NCBI GenBank assembly: GCA_965112155.1
Contig: OZ218105.1
DNA length: 64,000 bases
Source: Podarcis liolepis
Lineage: Eukaryota
Reading direction: 5' to 3' (one strand)
Below the pieces are notes generated by a model. The model was not told the origin of the DNA and made no database searches. It saw only the letters and a list, made by a program, of their open reading frames with translations. Below, piece by piece: positions 1 to 12,522 of this stretch (position 1 is its first letter; each line of letters opens with the position of its first letter). The translations under genes and the position numbers were made by a program.

Positions 1-689
1 GAGATACGACTCATCACCCCCAATATGTAAATCAGATTGTTCTGTTCAGTCTAAAACGGTTGCTAAGTAGCTCCTTTGCTATGATAGTCCACCAGATCAC
101 ATGTAAGCACTTATGGAAAATAGTTTATCTCTGCTGTATTACATTTCTATCGGGCACAACTACAATAATATTATTTATTCTTTAACGATTGCTAATTAAA
201 AAAACAAAGCAGTAGTTGAGAATGCACCACTACAGTGATATGGACTTTAAGCAGAATAACATTACATAAGCAAGATAGGAAACTTATCTCCATTTGGTTG
301 CCTGAAGCTCCAGGAACCAACAACAGAGCCAAGTGGCTAGCACACAACACCCAACCAGTCAGGGCTTACATCAAAGCTCAAATTTATATGCTTCAGACCC
401 TTGGTGGTTGAGTGCCTCCAGGCCTGATATCTAAATCTTCCACCCTGTCCCAGAAGTCATTATTGGGATGGTGTGGTGTGTGTGGGTGTGTGTGTGTTAC
501 ATCACCTGCCACATCCTGGTGACACTTATATCTGAAACACAAACAGTAAATCAAGACAATAAAGCAAAGCAAAAACCCAACAAGTATGGAGAAATAATTG
601 GACAAACCAACTGGACTTCCAGAAGGTGATCAAGCAGAAGGTGATCAAGCAGAGGCTTGACAACCATATGTCAGGAGTGCTCTGATGGT

Positions 690-759
690 GTTTCCTGCTT
701 GGCAGGGGGTTGGACTCGATGGCCCTTGTGGTCTCTTCCAACTCTATGATTCTATGATT
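690..759 (+). mobile_element. CR1 LINE 3' end fragment
   Basis: GGGGGTTGGACTCGATGGCC...TTCCAACTCTATGATTCTATGATT tail typical of CR1; similar tail at 44606-44648. Confidence 0.75.
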
Positions 760-1093
760 CCTCCTTCAGCTGTCTCCACTCCTCACCGGTGGTGGCCCTT
801 GACAAATGAAGCCCAAAGAAATGTGACCATTGGCTGAAAAAGCTTGCCTACCCCAGCCCTGAAGATTAAGAGTTTGAGACAGGAAGGAACATGTAGAGGA
901 AGAATAGGCAGAGAGGAACGTGAACATGGCGAATTGCAAATATGAGACAGCTTGAAGTTCGTAATGACTTCAAATAATCAGCTGCATTCTTGGCCTTTAG
1001 CTTATTAGTACGAAGGAGAGAACTGTGCTTGTCCTTTGTACAAAGCTGTTGGTGCATTTTTCAGTCTGCGCATCTTTTCATCACCTTCCACAG

Positions 1094-1175
1094 CCAAGCT
1101 TTCTGCGGATGACAAGACTCAAGTCCTTAAGCATCACAGACGCAAAGAGCTGGAGGATCGTCAGAAGATGTATCG
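1094..1175 (+). CDS. ALOX5: Arachidonate 5-lipoxygenase exon 3 (exons 1-2 lie upstream of the window)
   Basis: AG/GT bounded, 82 bp; translates AKLSADDKTQVLKHHRRKELEDRQKMYR, cf. human [28 protein letters not shown]. Confidence 0.93.
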
Positions 1176-1798
1176 GTCAGTTTCCTAAAACTTCCTATTT
1201 AGCGCTATAATTTTTCTATAGTACCCTGAAGTTGTGATCAAGGAGACCTAGCTTTAATTTTACTATATAATGAAACACCAATGCCTACAAGCTGTGGCTC
1301 TCAAACGTCTCTCAGACAATGCTTGGACAATGCTTGCATATTTTATAGAGACTTAGAGCCACACACAGCCATCACTTCTGGAACTGCTACATAAAGTACA
1401 AGGGCATTCTGCACGTTCCATATATGCTGAGTTCGTTAGGCAAGCGTTAGTTTCTACTAGTCGGCTGTGAAGTCCAATCCCAGCAATAATACAGCAATTT
1501 ATCAACACATAGATTGTCTGAAATTTTTCCGCAAACTCTGGACTCTTGCGGTAACGGGGGGAAAGTTCTCTGATTAAAAATGAATCAAATTCATATGAGT
1601 TTCAATTACATCAGTTTTCTGATCTAGGTCAAAGTAAAGTTTCGTCTTCTGCACTAGTGAGATAGTGAAAACGTAGTATACTCACGACCCAAGAAACGTT
1701 GATTAGTTGCAGAGCCGGAAAGGGGGGCATTCATATATCTTCTTCTTTTTAAATCAGAGAATAGAGTGCAATTAAAAGCCTTTTGCGTATTACATATA

Positions 1799-2057
1799 CT
1801 GTATTTTTCGCTCCATAAGACACACCAGACCATAAGACGCACCTAGTTTTTGGAGGAGGAAAACAAGAAAAAAAAAATTCTGAGTCTCAGAAGCCAGAAT
1901 AGCAAGAGGGATCGCTGCACAGCGAAAGCAGCAATCCCTCTTGCTGTTCTGGCTTCTGGGATAGCTGCGCAGCCTGCATTCGCTCCATAAGACGCACACA
2001 CATTTCCCCTTACTTTTTAGGAGGGAATAAGTGAGTCTTATAGAGCAAAAAATACGG
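1799..2057. mobile_element. Tc1/mariner-pogo type MITE (C(C/T)GTATTTTTCG TIR family)
   Basis: Terminal inverted repeats with TA flanks; same family at 4965, 7181, 44985. Confidence 0.85.
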
Positions 2058-2402
2058 TATGCAGGGACTACAAATTATGACTGGCTTTGGTAGCAAAAGA
2101 TACATCTAGGCATGCTCAGGTACCCAGAGGCACTATTCCACACCCAAAGATAGCTTGCCCAGTTCATAACCACCACCACCACCACCCCAGTTGTTGACTA
2201 AGGTATATGCAGGAAACAACTAAAAGTTGTGTGATCATTTCTGGCTACCTGGTGGGCAATAGCAGATGGGAGAGGAGTCGCCACTGTCCTTGCTGCCGAA
2301 TGGATTGGATGGAAGAAGGAACCGTGGCCAGGTTGTGTTTCCTGTCCCAGCTTGCCCTCAAATGGAGAAGCTGCCTTCTGAGTTATTTTCATTTTTAACC
2401 AG

Positions 2403-2525
2403 GTGGGCAGAATGGCACCCAGGCTTTCCCCTGAACATAGATGCCAAATCTCACAAGGAATTGCCTCGAAACATCCAGTTTGACAGCGAGAAAGGAGTCG
2501 ACTTTGTTTTGAATTATACTAAAGC
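2403..2525 (+). CDS. ALOX5: ALOX5 exon 4
   Basis: 123 bp, AG/GT; [41 protein letters not shown]. Confidence 0.96.
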
Positions 2526-3820
2526 GTGAGTATTATGGTGGCTCTCATTATTTGGTAGCGATTTTCTGGATTGGTCTGGGATAATGGGGGAAAGGACAAA
2601 ATTGATTAAAGTACAATTTAAACATATATTTTAATCACGTAACACTTTAAATGATGATGCAAAACAGCACATGATTCCATTTTGAACGTAAAATTTCAGT
2701 AATCAGAACAATGGTAACAAACATAATACTTATGACTATACTTCATAAATGTTACCTTTACAGTACAACCCAAATAATCACTAAAATGATACTAACACTA
2801 ACAACATATTCTAATTTTATCTACCCAGCCCCTGTCTTCTCACAGTCTAGCTAAATTTGTAAAATTAGCCAGTTCTAATATAGTCTAAGTTTTTTAAAAA
2901 ATCTTTTGTATGGAGGCTTTGCCTGTCTGTCCAGCTACTGTCTCAATTATTGCTGTATTTATTTATTTAAAAGCATTAAAAAAACACATAATGTTCTTCA
3001 AAGATGTCTTGTTCACTTCTTTATGATGGCATTGTTGAGTTTGGATCCCAATCCACAAATCTTTTCATTTAGCAGTAAGTTGCATGCGCAGGACTACATG
3101 CAAGGGTGAACTGAAAGTAGAGTTGTGTGGAAATGACTCCTTAAAGTTCTCCACTTTGTTAATGGGTAGAGAAATTGGTGGCCGTTTCACCAAATTTCTC
3201 CAAGGGGAGTAGCAGTTCTCCAACAGTTTCTCAGTGGTGGGGCTCACAGCACTGGCAATGCTATTAATACAGTTTTTCCTAAGGTTTGTTGTTGCTGTTG
3301 CTGTTGCTGCTGCAGTGCCAGCTGTGTTTGCATCCAATCCAATTAGCTTAGTACAGTCATAGACGGTGTTTGCCATTTTTTAAATCCTCCATGATGCCCT
3401 GGACTTGGTGTTCCAGAGAATCGTGATGGAGAAATAGCAGCTACCATTAAAAATGGTGGATAATGTTCAGCAAAAAAAATTGCAACTCAACCTTGTTTTT
3501 CTTGGAGGATTAGAAAAAGAAAAATCTTAGATATATACTCAGTAAAATGTCTCCTGAGAAATTTTGGTGCAGTTCTTTGGAAGGTAACACAAGATGATTT
3601 AGAAGTGGTGCCAATGTCCAATATGTTTTAAAACACTGGTACCATTTTGCTTGTGAGATTTAGTTCCTAGATTTATTCCCCTTCATTTAATCCACGTCCT
3701 TCATTTCTGAACATTTCATACAGAAGTAAAGAAGTTATGGGAAAAGTGAAATGTGCAAGGAGAGAAATGAAACAAAAAAGATTACAGCCAATGACCTCAC
3801 AGAATTTTTTGTTTTTTTAG

Positions 3821-3927
3821 GATGGAAAATCTCTATGTTAATCGTTTCATGCACATGTTCCAATCTTCCTGGAGTGACTTTGCAGATTTTGAGAAGATCT
3901 TTGTCAGAATAAGCAATACAATTTCTG
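3821..3927 (+). CDS. ALOX5: ALOX5 exon 5
   Basis: 107 bp, AG/GT; [35 protein letters not shown]. Confidence 0.96.
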
Positions 3928-4964
3928 GTAAGATTGATTGCAGTTGTTGACACTAGCATCAGAAGATGAATTAATTTTTATGTTGCTGACCAAAATTTTA
4001 GTTTGGACGCCATTTAGTAATTTTTCAGCTAAAAACCTTTGGGATATGAGTTAGGCCAATAATTATTGGAATTTATGTACCCAGCGGTTGCACAAGTCGA
4101 AGGGCACTCAAGAAACTAAAGGTAAGTAATGTAAATTTATTAATTTAATTACAGCATCCACTTATACTGTACTCTAATAATGGTACACTAAAGGCAATGT
4201 GTGTTAGGAGGTAAACCCTGTAAACATGTATCTCAGGAGCCAAATCATGGAGTAATAAGCCTGTAGAAACCGAGTTTTCATTTTCACCATAGCAGGGAAG
4301 CCTTGAGAGGCCACGGTAAACCAATAAGCTTTTGGAAAAGAGGTATAAAACAGGACACCCGCCCCTAATAGTTTTGCACAGTAGAGACCTAGCTAGTGGG
4401 GAAAGTCGAGTTAGAATCAGAAAAGTCTACTTAGCTTTCACCTCAAAGTCAGTGTAACTTTTAGTTTTTAGGGGAGGAAAGAGCAGCAAACCGAGCAAAA
4501 TAAGGAAGTATTTGCTGAAAGCTTCAGTTTTTCGTGCAGTTTTCAAAACCAGAGTGCAAATGGCAGCTTAAAACTGTGGGGTAACTTGCCCTTATCTTGA
4601 TTTAAGAACAAAGCAGGCATGACTTAAGGTTGTTAAGAGCACCTTGAAAGTGAAAGGATAGTCTTCCATCCAAGTCTTAGCCAGGGGTGAAATTGCCAAT
4701 GTCAATTTCTCTCACTTTTTCATCTTTGCAACCTTAAACTCAGTTCTGAACACTTCTGCATCGCTTGAATGCACCTTCTTGTACACATTACTTGGTTGGA
4801 GAGCTGGACTACAATATTCCGAGACATGTGGATTTTCTGAAGGAAGGCTACATGTTGGCTCTCCTATTGTTTTGCAAAATGCAAATTAGGTAGGGTCAGC
4901 TGTCCCGAATCAAATTTCTCCTCCATCCTTACTTTCAGCTCTGCATAAGCCCACTTCTCAACTA

Positions 4965-5368
4965 CTGTATTTTTCGCTCCATAAGACACACTTTTTCCCT
5001 CCTAAAAAGTAAGGGGAAATGTGTGTGCGTCTTATGGAGCAAATGCAGGCAGGAGGCTCCTGAGCAGAACCTCCTGTCTGCATTCACATCTGGGATGCAT
5101 ACACGCTCTGCTCAGCGCTCCCTTGTAAGGGCTCCCTTTTGTCCTTCATCCCGCTTTGCTGGGAAGCCAGCAGAACAAGAGGTGTTGCGCAGCTATCGCT
5201 CTTGCTCTGCTGGCTTCTCAGCAAAGTGGGAGGAGGGAGGGAAGGGTTTAAAGCAAGAAAAGTGAGAGCCGCTTACATGCTCTGACAGAATATTTTTTTC
5301 TTGCTTTCCCCCTCTAAAAACTAGGTGCGTCTTATGGTCAGGTGTGTTTTATGGAGCGAAAAATACGG
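4965..5368. mobile_element. Tc1/mariner-pogo type MITE
   Basis: TA|CTGTATTTTTCGCTCCATAAGAC ... TTATGGAGCGAAAAATACGG|TA. Confidence 0.85.
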
Positions 5369-5474
5369 TAGTCAGTTTCAAAAAGCTTTTAAAGGCAGTC
5401 CTAGAGGGCTTCAACTGCCCCATAACCTCTGCATCATTCCCACTTAATCACCACCCAGTATCCACTCCCTTGAC

Positions 5475-5610
5475 CAGGCATAGGCAAACTCGCCCCTCCA
5501 GATGTTTTGGGACTTCAATTCCCATCATCCCTGACCACTGGTCCTGTTAGCTAGGGATGATGGGAGCTGTAGTCCCAAAACATCTGGAGGGCCAGGTTTG
5601 CCTATGCCTG
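5475..5610. mobile_element. hAT MITE
   Basis: TIR CAGGCATAGGCAAAC/GTTTGCCTATGCCTG; 8-bp TSD CCCTTGAC. Confidence 0.9.
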
Positions 5611-5618
5611 CCCTTGAC

Positions 5619-5871
5619 CATAAGTAGGCAAACAAGGCTTGGGGCCTGGATGCGGCCCAATCGCCTTCTCAATCCAGCCCACGAATGGTCTGGGAATCAG
5701 CATGTTTTTACATGAGTGGAATGTGTGCTTTCATTTAAAATGCATCTCTGGGGTATTTGTGGGGCATAGGAATTCGTTCATTCCCCCCCCCCCCAAAAAA
5801 TAGTCCAGCCCCCCCACAAGGTCTGAAGGACAGTGGACCGGCCCCCTGCTGAAAAAGTTTGCTGACCCCTG
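5619..5871. mobile_element. second hAT MITE, different family
   Basis: Imperfect TIR CA..GGCAAAC / GTTTGCTGACCCCTG; flanked by CCCTTGAC on both sides. Confidence 0.8.
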
Positions 5872-5998
5872 CCCTTGACAAACATCCCCATTCTCACAGC
5901 ACTAAATGGACCTCAGTCCATCTGCCATGCCATTCCTGCTCACTGGAATTTGGCAAGCTCAATAGTTTGACTTCTTGTTCTACTTGGTTTCATCATCG

Positions 5999-6641
5999 GA
6001 CTTCCGGGTTGGCGCCATCGCCGAATGGCGGACTCCCTCCGAGCTCCGGAGGGAGTCTGCTCGGCAGGGGTTGGGTCCTACCGCGCCGGCGACGCGGGGA
6101 CCCTCAAAAACCACGGGCACGGAGCCCGTGGACATGGTTGACTCGGCGGGCACCGTTAGCGCCCCCCCGACCTGTGAGATCTCCAGGCTGACAATAGACA
6201 GACTGATGGACATGGGGAATCGAAACCGGGGGAAGGGGGGGGGAGATTTGGAATCCTAAGGGTGTGCAACTATTTTTTGAATCTTTTCATATCTTTTACT
6301 TTGATTGGACGTGTTTATTAAAAAAGGGAATTCGTGGAAGGAAATTGGGGTGGACCTTGGGGGAAAATTTTTCTTTTAATGATGAGGGATGGTGGAATGG
6401 GAAAGTGGCTATATAACTAAATTGAATAGTGGGTTAAACAAATTAAGTTTTAAATTGGGAGTAAGAGCTTGTGGAACCAAATTAATGAAAGGGGAATACA
6501 AATTGGGAGGGGGATGGGGGAGTCCTGGAAAGATGTTAATGAAAGTAAGGCCTTAACTGTAAAGGTGTATTTTTTCTTTTTCCTTTGCTTTTTTTTTGTG
6601 TTTTGGAAACTTTAATAAATATGATTTTTTTTAAAAAAAAA
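5999..6641 (+). mobile_element. Short non-autonomous L1-type retroposon (5'UTR-like head + 3' tail)
   Basis: 17-bp TSD ACTTGGTTTCATCATCG (5982-5998, 6642-6658); CpG-rich head GACTTCCGG..ATGGCGG; AATAAA and A-tail. Confidence 0.75.
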
Positions 6642-6985
6642 ACTTGGTTTCATCATCGACTAGACAGGGCTATATATGTAGAACAATTTAGCAAAGGAGC
6701 CCATTATGTGTATGTATGCTTTTTATGTAACAATATTTTGATATCCAGTAATCTCAGTCTCTCCCAGTGCCTTTAATGAAGATTGCATGTGTGCTGGTCA
6801 TATCATGCTGTTAAATAAATTTACCCTGAGCCTCATTTTCAGGCTCTGCCTTCCTTTTCTGTTTGGTTTTTTATTTTATTTTTTGTTTTACTTGATATAG
6901 TTTAATATAGAATAGTTATTATTTTTTGGAAGGAGTTCTGCTAAAAATAGTCTTTGGGTTTCGTTCTCTTTTTTTCTCCTGTTAG

Positions 6986-7158
6986 AGTACGTGATGCAGC
7001 ATTGGCAAGAAGATTTTATGTTTGGATACCAGTTCCTGAACGGGTGCAATCCTGTCTTGATCCAAAAGTGCACAGAGTTACCAAAGAAATTTCCCGTGAC
7101 TACGGAAATGGTAGAATGCAGTTTGGAGAGAAATCTGACTCTGGAAGAGGAAATAAAG
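6986..7158 (+). CDS. ALOX5: ALOX5 exon 6
   Basis: 173 bp, AG/GT; [58 protein letters not shown]. Confidence 0.96.
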
Positions 7159-7180
7159 GTATAAAAATAAAATGGATTTA

Positions 7181-7969
7181 CCGTATTTTTCGCCCCATAA
7201 GACGCACTTTTTCCCCTCCAAAAATGAAGGGGAAATCGGGGTGCGTCTTATGGGGCGAATGCCTGCAAGCCTCGCGCGCCCGGCAGGAGGTCCCACCGGG
7301 TGCGCGAGGCTTGGGGCGGCAGCCTGTCGCCCGAAGCACGGGGAGCCCTCGGGAGGGCTCCCCCTGCTTCGGGTGAGTGTCTGCAAGCCTCGCGCACCCG
7401 GCAGGAGGTCCCACCGGGTGCGCGAGGCTTGGGGCGGCAGCGGACTGCTTGTGCGCACCTAGAAGCTTGGGGCGCGCTGAGCTCAGCACGCCCCAAGCTC
7501 CTGGTATAGCGCAGCGATCCGCTAGCCCTGGGAGAGCCCCGCGGCTCTCCCAAGGCTAGCGGACTGCTTGCGCGCACCTAGAAGCTTGGGGCGCGCTGAG
7601 CTCAGCACACTCCAAGCTCCTGGTGTAGCGCAGCGATCCGCTAGCCCTGGGAGAGCCCCGCGGCTCTCCCAGGGCTAGCGGACTGCTTGCCGGCACGCAG
7701 AAGCTTGGGGCGCGCTGACCTCAGCTTGCCCCAAGCTTCTGGATTAGCGCAGGGGTCCTCTAGCCCTGGGAGAGGCGCCCAGCTCTCCCACGCTAGCGGA
7801 GACCTTGCCGGCACGCAGAAGTTTGGGGCGCGCTGAGCTCCGCACGCCCCAAGCTCCTGGTGTAGCGCAGCGCACCTGGGGGGGAAATAAATTTTTTTCC
7901 CTTTATTTCCCCCCCCAAAATCTAGGTGCGTCTTATGGGCCGGTGCGTCTTATGGGGCGAAAAATACGG
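7181..7969. mobile_element. Tc1/mariner-pogo type MITE with internal GC-rich tandem repeats
   Basis: TIR CCGTATTTTTCGCCCCATAAGACGCAC at both ends, TA flanks; internal units of about 120 bp. Confidence 0.9.
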
Positions 7970-8834
7970 TATTTCATTGTTATAGTACTTGTCATTTTAA
8001 AAGCTTTTCAGGAAATGTATAGAAGCAGATTGCATTCTTTGGGAAAGGAGTGCTTTGTCATCCAAGCAGAAGATTTGCAGTTTGAACACTGAGTTGAAAT
8101 TCAGTGAATCAATTTGTATGTAAAGTACGTAATTTGAAGGCAACATTCAGGTCAGGATAGGGAATGCCTACTATACAGTATTATGGGGTGCACTTTTTAA
8201 TGCTGAACATTTTGATGAAATTATAATACTTCTTCCTTGGCTCCATGAGGAATGATGGTCCTGTGAGCCACCGGGAGCAAGTTATCCTTCCTCCGATGAT
8301 CACATAAATAAAAAGATTACTAACCCTATTAACACATTGTTATATTATATTTCTTTTAAAGCGATAACATCTGCCCACCCCCATTGTCTGACTTGTCTTT
8401 AAGACAGGAAGCTTCTTGAGGGCAGACACCTGTTTCTTTTTGTAAAACTCTGTGAGATGCATGCCTGGTCTGAGACATCTAACAGGCTTTGGAGGCAAGA
8501 TCTGCTGGAATCAAAAGCTTAGGATACAGTGGGTCTCCATCAGCATTAAGTCCCTGACGCTGGCTCAGCCAAAGATAATTTGCTCATCCTGGTTCCACTG
8601 AGGCTCAGCCAGTCTTGGCTTCTGGGACGTCAACAAGGCCAGTGTTAATGCCCCAAAAGGGATGTCCTGCAGGGAGACTTAGGCTGGATCTCAACCCTGT
8701 TCAGCTCAGCCGTATGACCTAGTAACCCAGTGTAGAACACTCTTTTAAAGGCTTGTTTTGCTTCTGCCTTGATTCAGGAGAACAACAGCAGCTGTCCCGC
8801 TGCTGTACAGTTTTTGGATCTGGTGTAACTTTAC

Positions 8835-9355
8835 CATAGCTGTCAACCGTCCCTTATTTGGTGGGAAAGTCCCTTATCCCAGCGCTGTGTCCCGCTGCTG
8901 TCCCTTATTGATGATGTCCCTTAAATTTCCCGGGTTTCAAAGGAAGCAGCTCCTCTCCCTCTCTCCCTGCCGGCCAGGGAGGAGGGAGGCTCCAATTGTA
9001 TTGCTTGGCTGCATTGCTCACCCAATAAGGAGTCTAAGAATGACTGGGGGGTGGAGCTTGCATGCCTTGTGCCGATCCAATCGGCCGCGTTGCCTGGGGA
9101 CTCGCCTTTGCTCAGCACTTCCCAGCGGAGAGGTGACGGTGGTTTTCCTTGCTGCGTCCCCTTTGCCGGGTTGCTGCGCTGTGGGAACCACCGCTTGAGG
9201 CTTCGTTTGGCTGTGGCTGGGCTTTCTGCCTTTGGCTTGGAGGGGCTCAGAAGCTGAACATACCTGTGCTCGGAAAATCCCTTATTTTGGCTACTGATCC
9301 CTTATTTTCGAGGCTGCTGGTCCCTTATTTTCAAATCTGTAAGTTGACAGCTATG
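8835..9355. mobile_element. hAT non-autonomous element
   Basis: TIR CATAGCTGTCAAC/GTTGACAGCTATG; perfect 8-bp TSD AACTTTAC. Confidence 0.9.
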
Positions 9356-10025
9356 AACTTTACTCTGACATAACCTGTTTGCTTTAAGCCAGTTTCTTGG
9401 GCATAGGATTGCTACCCTAAGAATTTAGTACATTCTCAGGGACGAAAATTTGATGCTCCTAAAAAGAGGCTTAAAGGACACACATGACAACACATTTATG
9501 CTACGTAAGTTGCAACACTGTGATGTTATGTTGGTCACAAGTAATGTTGCATGTAAAGCATATTTCAGTTAATATCTCGCCACGTTTTCTTCATGCTAAG
9601 AACCTCACAAGACAGGGATGTAGCTAAAACATAGATTTTTCTTTTCATTTGTTGTGGGGAGAGTATGTATTTTTGTGACTAATGTAACACAAGCAGCATA
9701 CGTTATGCTGCCTTTAAGCTCATTTGATTTTCATAAAATTTATTGCCATTTCACCAAATGAGAAAGTAAAGCTATCAATAACCTATTCTCCTGGGGGTGG
9801 GGGTAGAGAAATTCTGAGTCGTCTTCTATGTCACACTTCTGGTTGTTTACTCCAATTTCAAAATAACGTTGCCATATGAAACTCTTGAAAATTATATTTA
9901 GAATGATATAGAACATGTTAGCGATGTCCAAAAATGAAAGCTGAGTCTGTAGGTTGGCATTTTCATGGAATAACCCATTTACCAAAGTAAACAGGTGTGC
10001 ATGTTTTCTTTCATTTTTCCTACAG

Positions 10026-10172
10026 CAAGGGAATATTTTCATAGTGGATTATGAACTTCTGGATGCTGTTGAAGGCAATAAGACTGACCCCTGCACTGTG
10101 CAATATCTGTCTGCTCCAGTCTGCTTATTATATAAGAATTTAGAGAAGAAGATTGTCCCTATTGCAATCCAG
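10026..10172 (+). CDS. ALOX5: ALOX5 exon 7
   Basis: 147 bp, AG/GT; [49 protein letters not shown]. Confidence 0.96.
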
Positions 10173-10250
10173 GTAATCTATATTTTACCCACTAAAATAA
10201 TAATCTTTCATTATTGAAAGAATTGTTAACTATTTTGTTACACTCCCCAG

Positions 10251-10454
10251 ATAAAACAAGCTCCTGAGCCAGGGAATCCTATTTTCCTGCCATCAGATGC
10301 AAAGTATGACTGGTTATTGGCCAAAATTTGGGTACGTTCTTCGGATTTCCACATCCATCAGACTGTTACTCACCTCCTTCGGACTCACTTAATTTCTGAA
10401 GTGTTTGGAGTAGCCATGTTCCGGCAACTGCCTTCCGTCCATCCTCTCTTTAAG
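10251..10454 (+). CDS. ALOX5: ALOX5 exon 8 (iron-ligand histidines)
   Basis: 204 bp after a 78-bp intron; ...[49 protein letters not shown], lipoxygenase His-rich signature. Confidence 0.97.
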
Positions 10455-10636
10455 GTGGGTTAATTGGGTGCTAGGAAGGTGTGCATATCAGAGATGATTG
10501 TTTTGTTTTCTGCAAGACCTGCAATTTTCTGTTAAATGTATTGTTAATAAAAGTAATATTTGGAATTGTACAGACGAGAGAGCCCCTGTATATTTAAGGC
10601 AGATAAGGCAAACAGCATTCTATCATTATAAGACTG

Positions 10637-10638
<2 letters not shown>

Positions 10639-10688
<50 letters not shown>
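10639..10688. repeat. (AT)n microsatellite
   Basis: Direct reading. Confidence 0.95.
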
Positions 10689-10692
<4 letters not shown>

Positions 10693-10821
10693 GATAATTT
10701 GTCCCAGCTCTATGAAATGTGGCAAGAAAAAATTGCCTCTTCTGAACTGTAAAATGGCTCATTTTAAAAATATTCCACTAAGAAAAAGCTAAGATAACAC
10801 AGTTAAACAGTCTTCTTAAGT

Positions 10822-11668
10822 AATACACCCAGGAACCTCACCAAAATGCTGGAGAGGGTGCACCTCCACAGGCACATACCTCCACATGTGGTGGGAGTGT
10901 CCCAAAACCCAACTATTCTGGACAACAGCCATACAAGAAATATGTAAAATAACTAAGCAAGTAATAGACATCACCCCAGAATTGGCCCTACTAAACATCT
11001 TCCAAGACAACAATGCCCGTTTACACCACAAAGAACTCATAACCCACCTGCTCTCAGCAGCCAGAAACACCATAACCAGACACTGGAGAGACCTGTCAGG
11101 AGTAAGCATGGACCAGTGGTACCAAATAGTATGGGAAACAGCCCTACTAGAAAAATTAACTAATAAACTGAAACTGACACGGGGACAAACAGAAGAAGAC
11201 ATCTTCACCCCGGTATGGCTCCCCTTTATCACATACACAGCCCAACAGGACAGTGACAATAATCCACCAACAGCATACAAATCAATATGGCTAACCTGAT
11301 CCAAAACACCCACCCACCTCACCCACACACGAAAACAAAGATCACCACAGCCAATCACAAGCAAACAATCACACCCTAGGCCAACCCCAACCTCTCTCAC
11401 CACCAAAGGAACACAAGTGAACAACACAAGCAACGCTGACACCAAACTCTACATACATTAAACATAATAGAAACACCGTCACCCGACCCCACCCCCATCC
11501 ATCTTCCCTCTCTCCACCGCCCTTCTTTTTTCTTTTCTTCTCCCCCTAATGCCTCAACAAATGAAATGGATTTGTAAAAATGTTACATGGGGGAAAAAAA
11601 AACGAGGCACTACACTTCTGTAAAACAAGAAAATCCTGAATAATATATATATATTTTTAAAAAACAAA
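10822..11668 (+). mobile_element. 5'-truncated L1/Tx1-clade LINE (ORF2 C-terminus + 3'UTR)
   Basis: CWRGC..GTYLHMWWECP cysteine-rich motif; A-rich tail; 17-bp TSD AAACAGTCTTCTTAAGT (10805-10821, 11669-11685). Confidence 0.88.
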
Positions 11669-12077
11669 AAACAGTCTTCTTAAGTTTTAAAAAAACCTGG
11701 CCATTTTAATTTTCTTTGAGCCATTTTAATTTGACCAGTATTAGATAAAAAAGCACACAAATAAATAAATAGTGTCTTCAAGTGGCAAATTGTCTACAGT
11801 GATTTGTGCCTGAAGCTGGAAGTAACGTGCAGGATGAAGATGGATTAATGGTTCATACCTTGTTAAAGAGTGCGCCCTGAGGTGCCCTTGGACAACAACA
11901 CTATGTATAATTGGTCTGAATTATATGCATCTGTAAGCCTTCTCTAAACTGCCCAAATTGACAAATCAATATCTTTGTATTATTTTGCTGGAGAACCCTA
12001 CTTAACCTTCAATTCTGGTGCAGTGCAGTCCAACATGTTTGAACATTACCTACATGTTTGAACGCCTTTTGGCAGTA

Positions 12078-12303
12078 CAGTGGTACCTTGGGTTAAGTAC
12101 TTAATTCGTTCCGGAGGTCCGTTCTTAACCTGAAACTGCTCTTATTCTGAAGCACCACTTTAGCTAATGGGGCCTCCTGCTGCTGCTGCGCCGCCGGAGC
12201 ACAATTTCTGTTCTCATCCTGAAGCAAAGTTCTTAACATGAAGCACTATTTCTGGGTTAGCGGAGTCTGCAACCTGAAGCGTATGTAACCCGAGGTACCA
12301 CTG
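12078..12303. mobile_element. Tigger/pogo-like MITE
   Basis: TA|CAGTGGTACCT...AGGTACCACTG|TA; near-identical copies at 51499 and 62446. Confidence 0.88.
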
Positions 12304-12522
12304 TATAAGGTGCATGTTTCTCATACTGTAGATCTGATATCTAGCAGCATCTATCAATTTGTAAAGGACTATGCTTTGAAATTGTCTTCAGTTCATACAC
12401 ATAATTTATATTAAAGCTATAGTTCCTTATTTAAAAGCAAGTTGTTTTGGGAGCCCATCATATTCCATTGTTAACACTGCAGGAATATTTCATTCTTATC
12501 TACTTTCTCTTCTGGTTTACAG

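Noticed and set aside
4070-4560. Possible LTR-like segment in ALOX5 intron 5
   Set aside because: TATA-like motif present, but no clear termini or TSD.
10816-11445. 209-aa minus-strand ORF
   Set aside because: Antisense shadow of the LINE ORF2 fragment.
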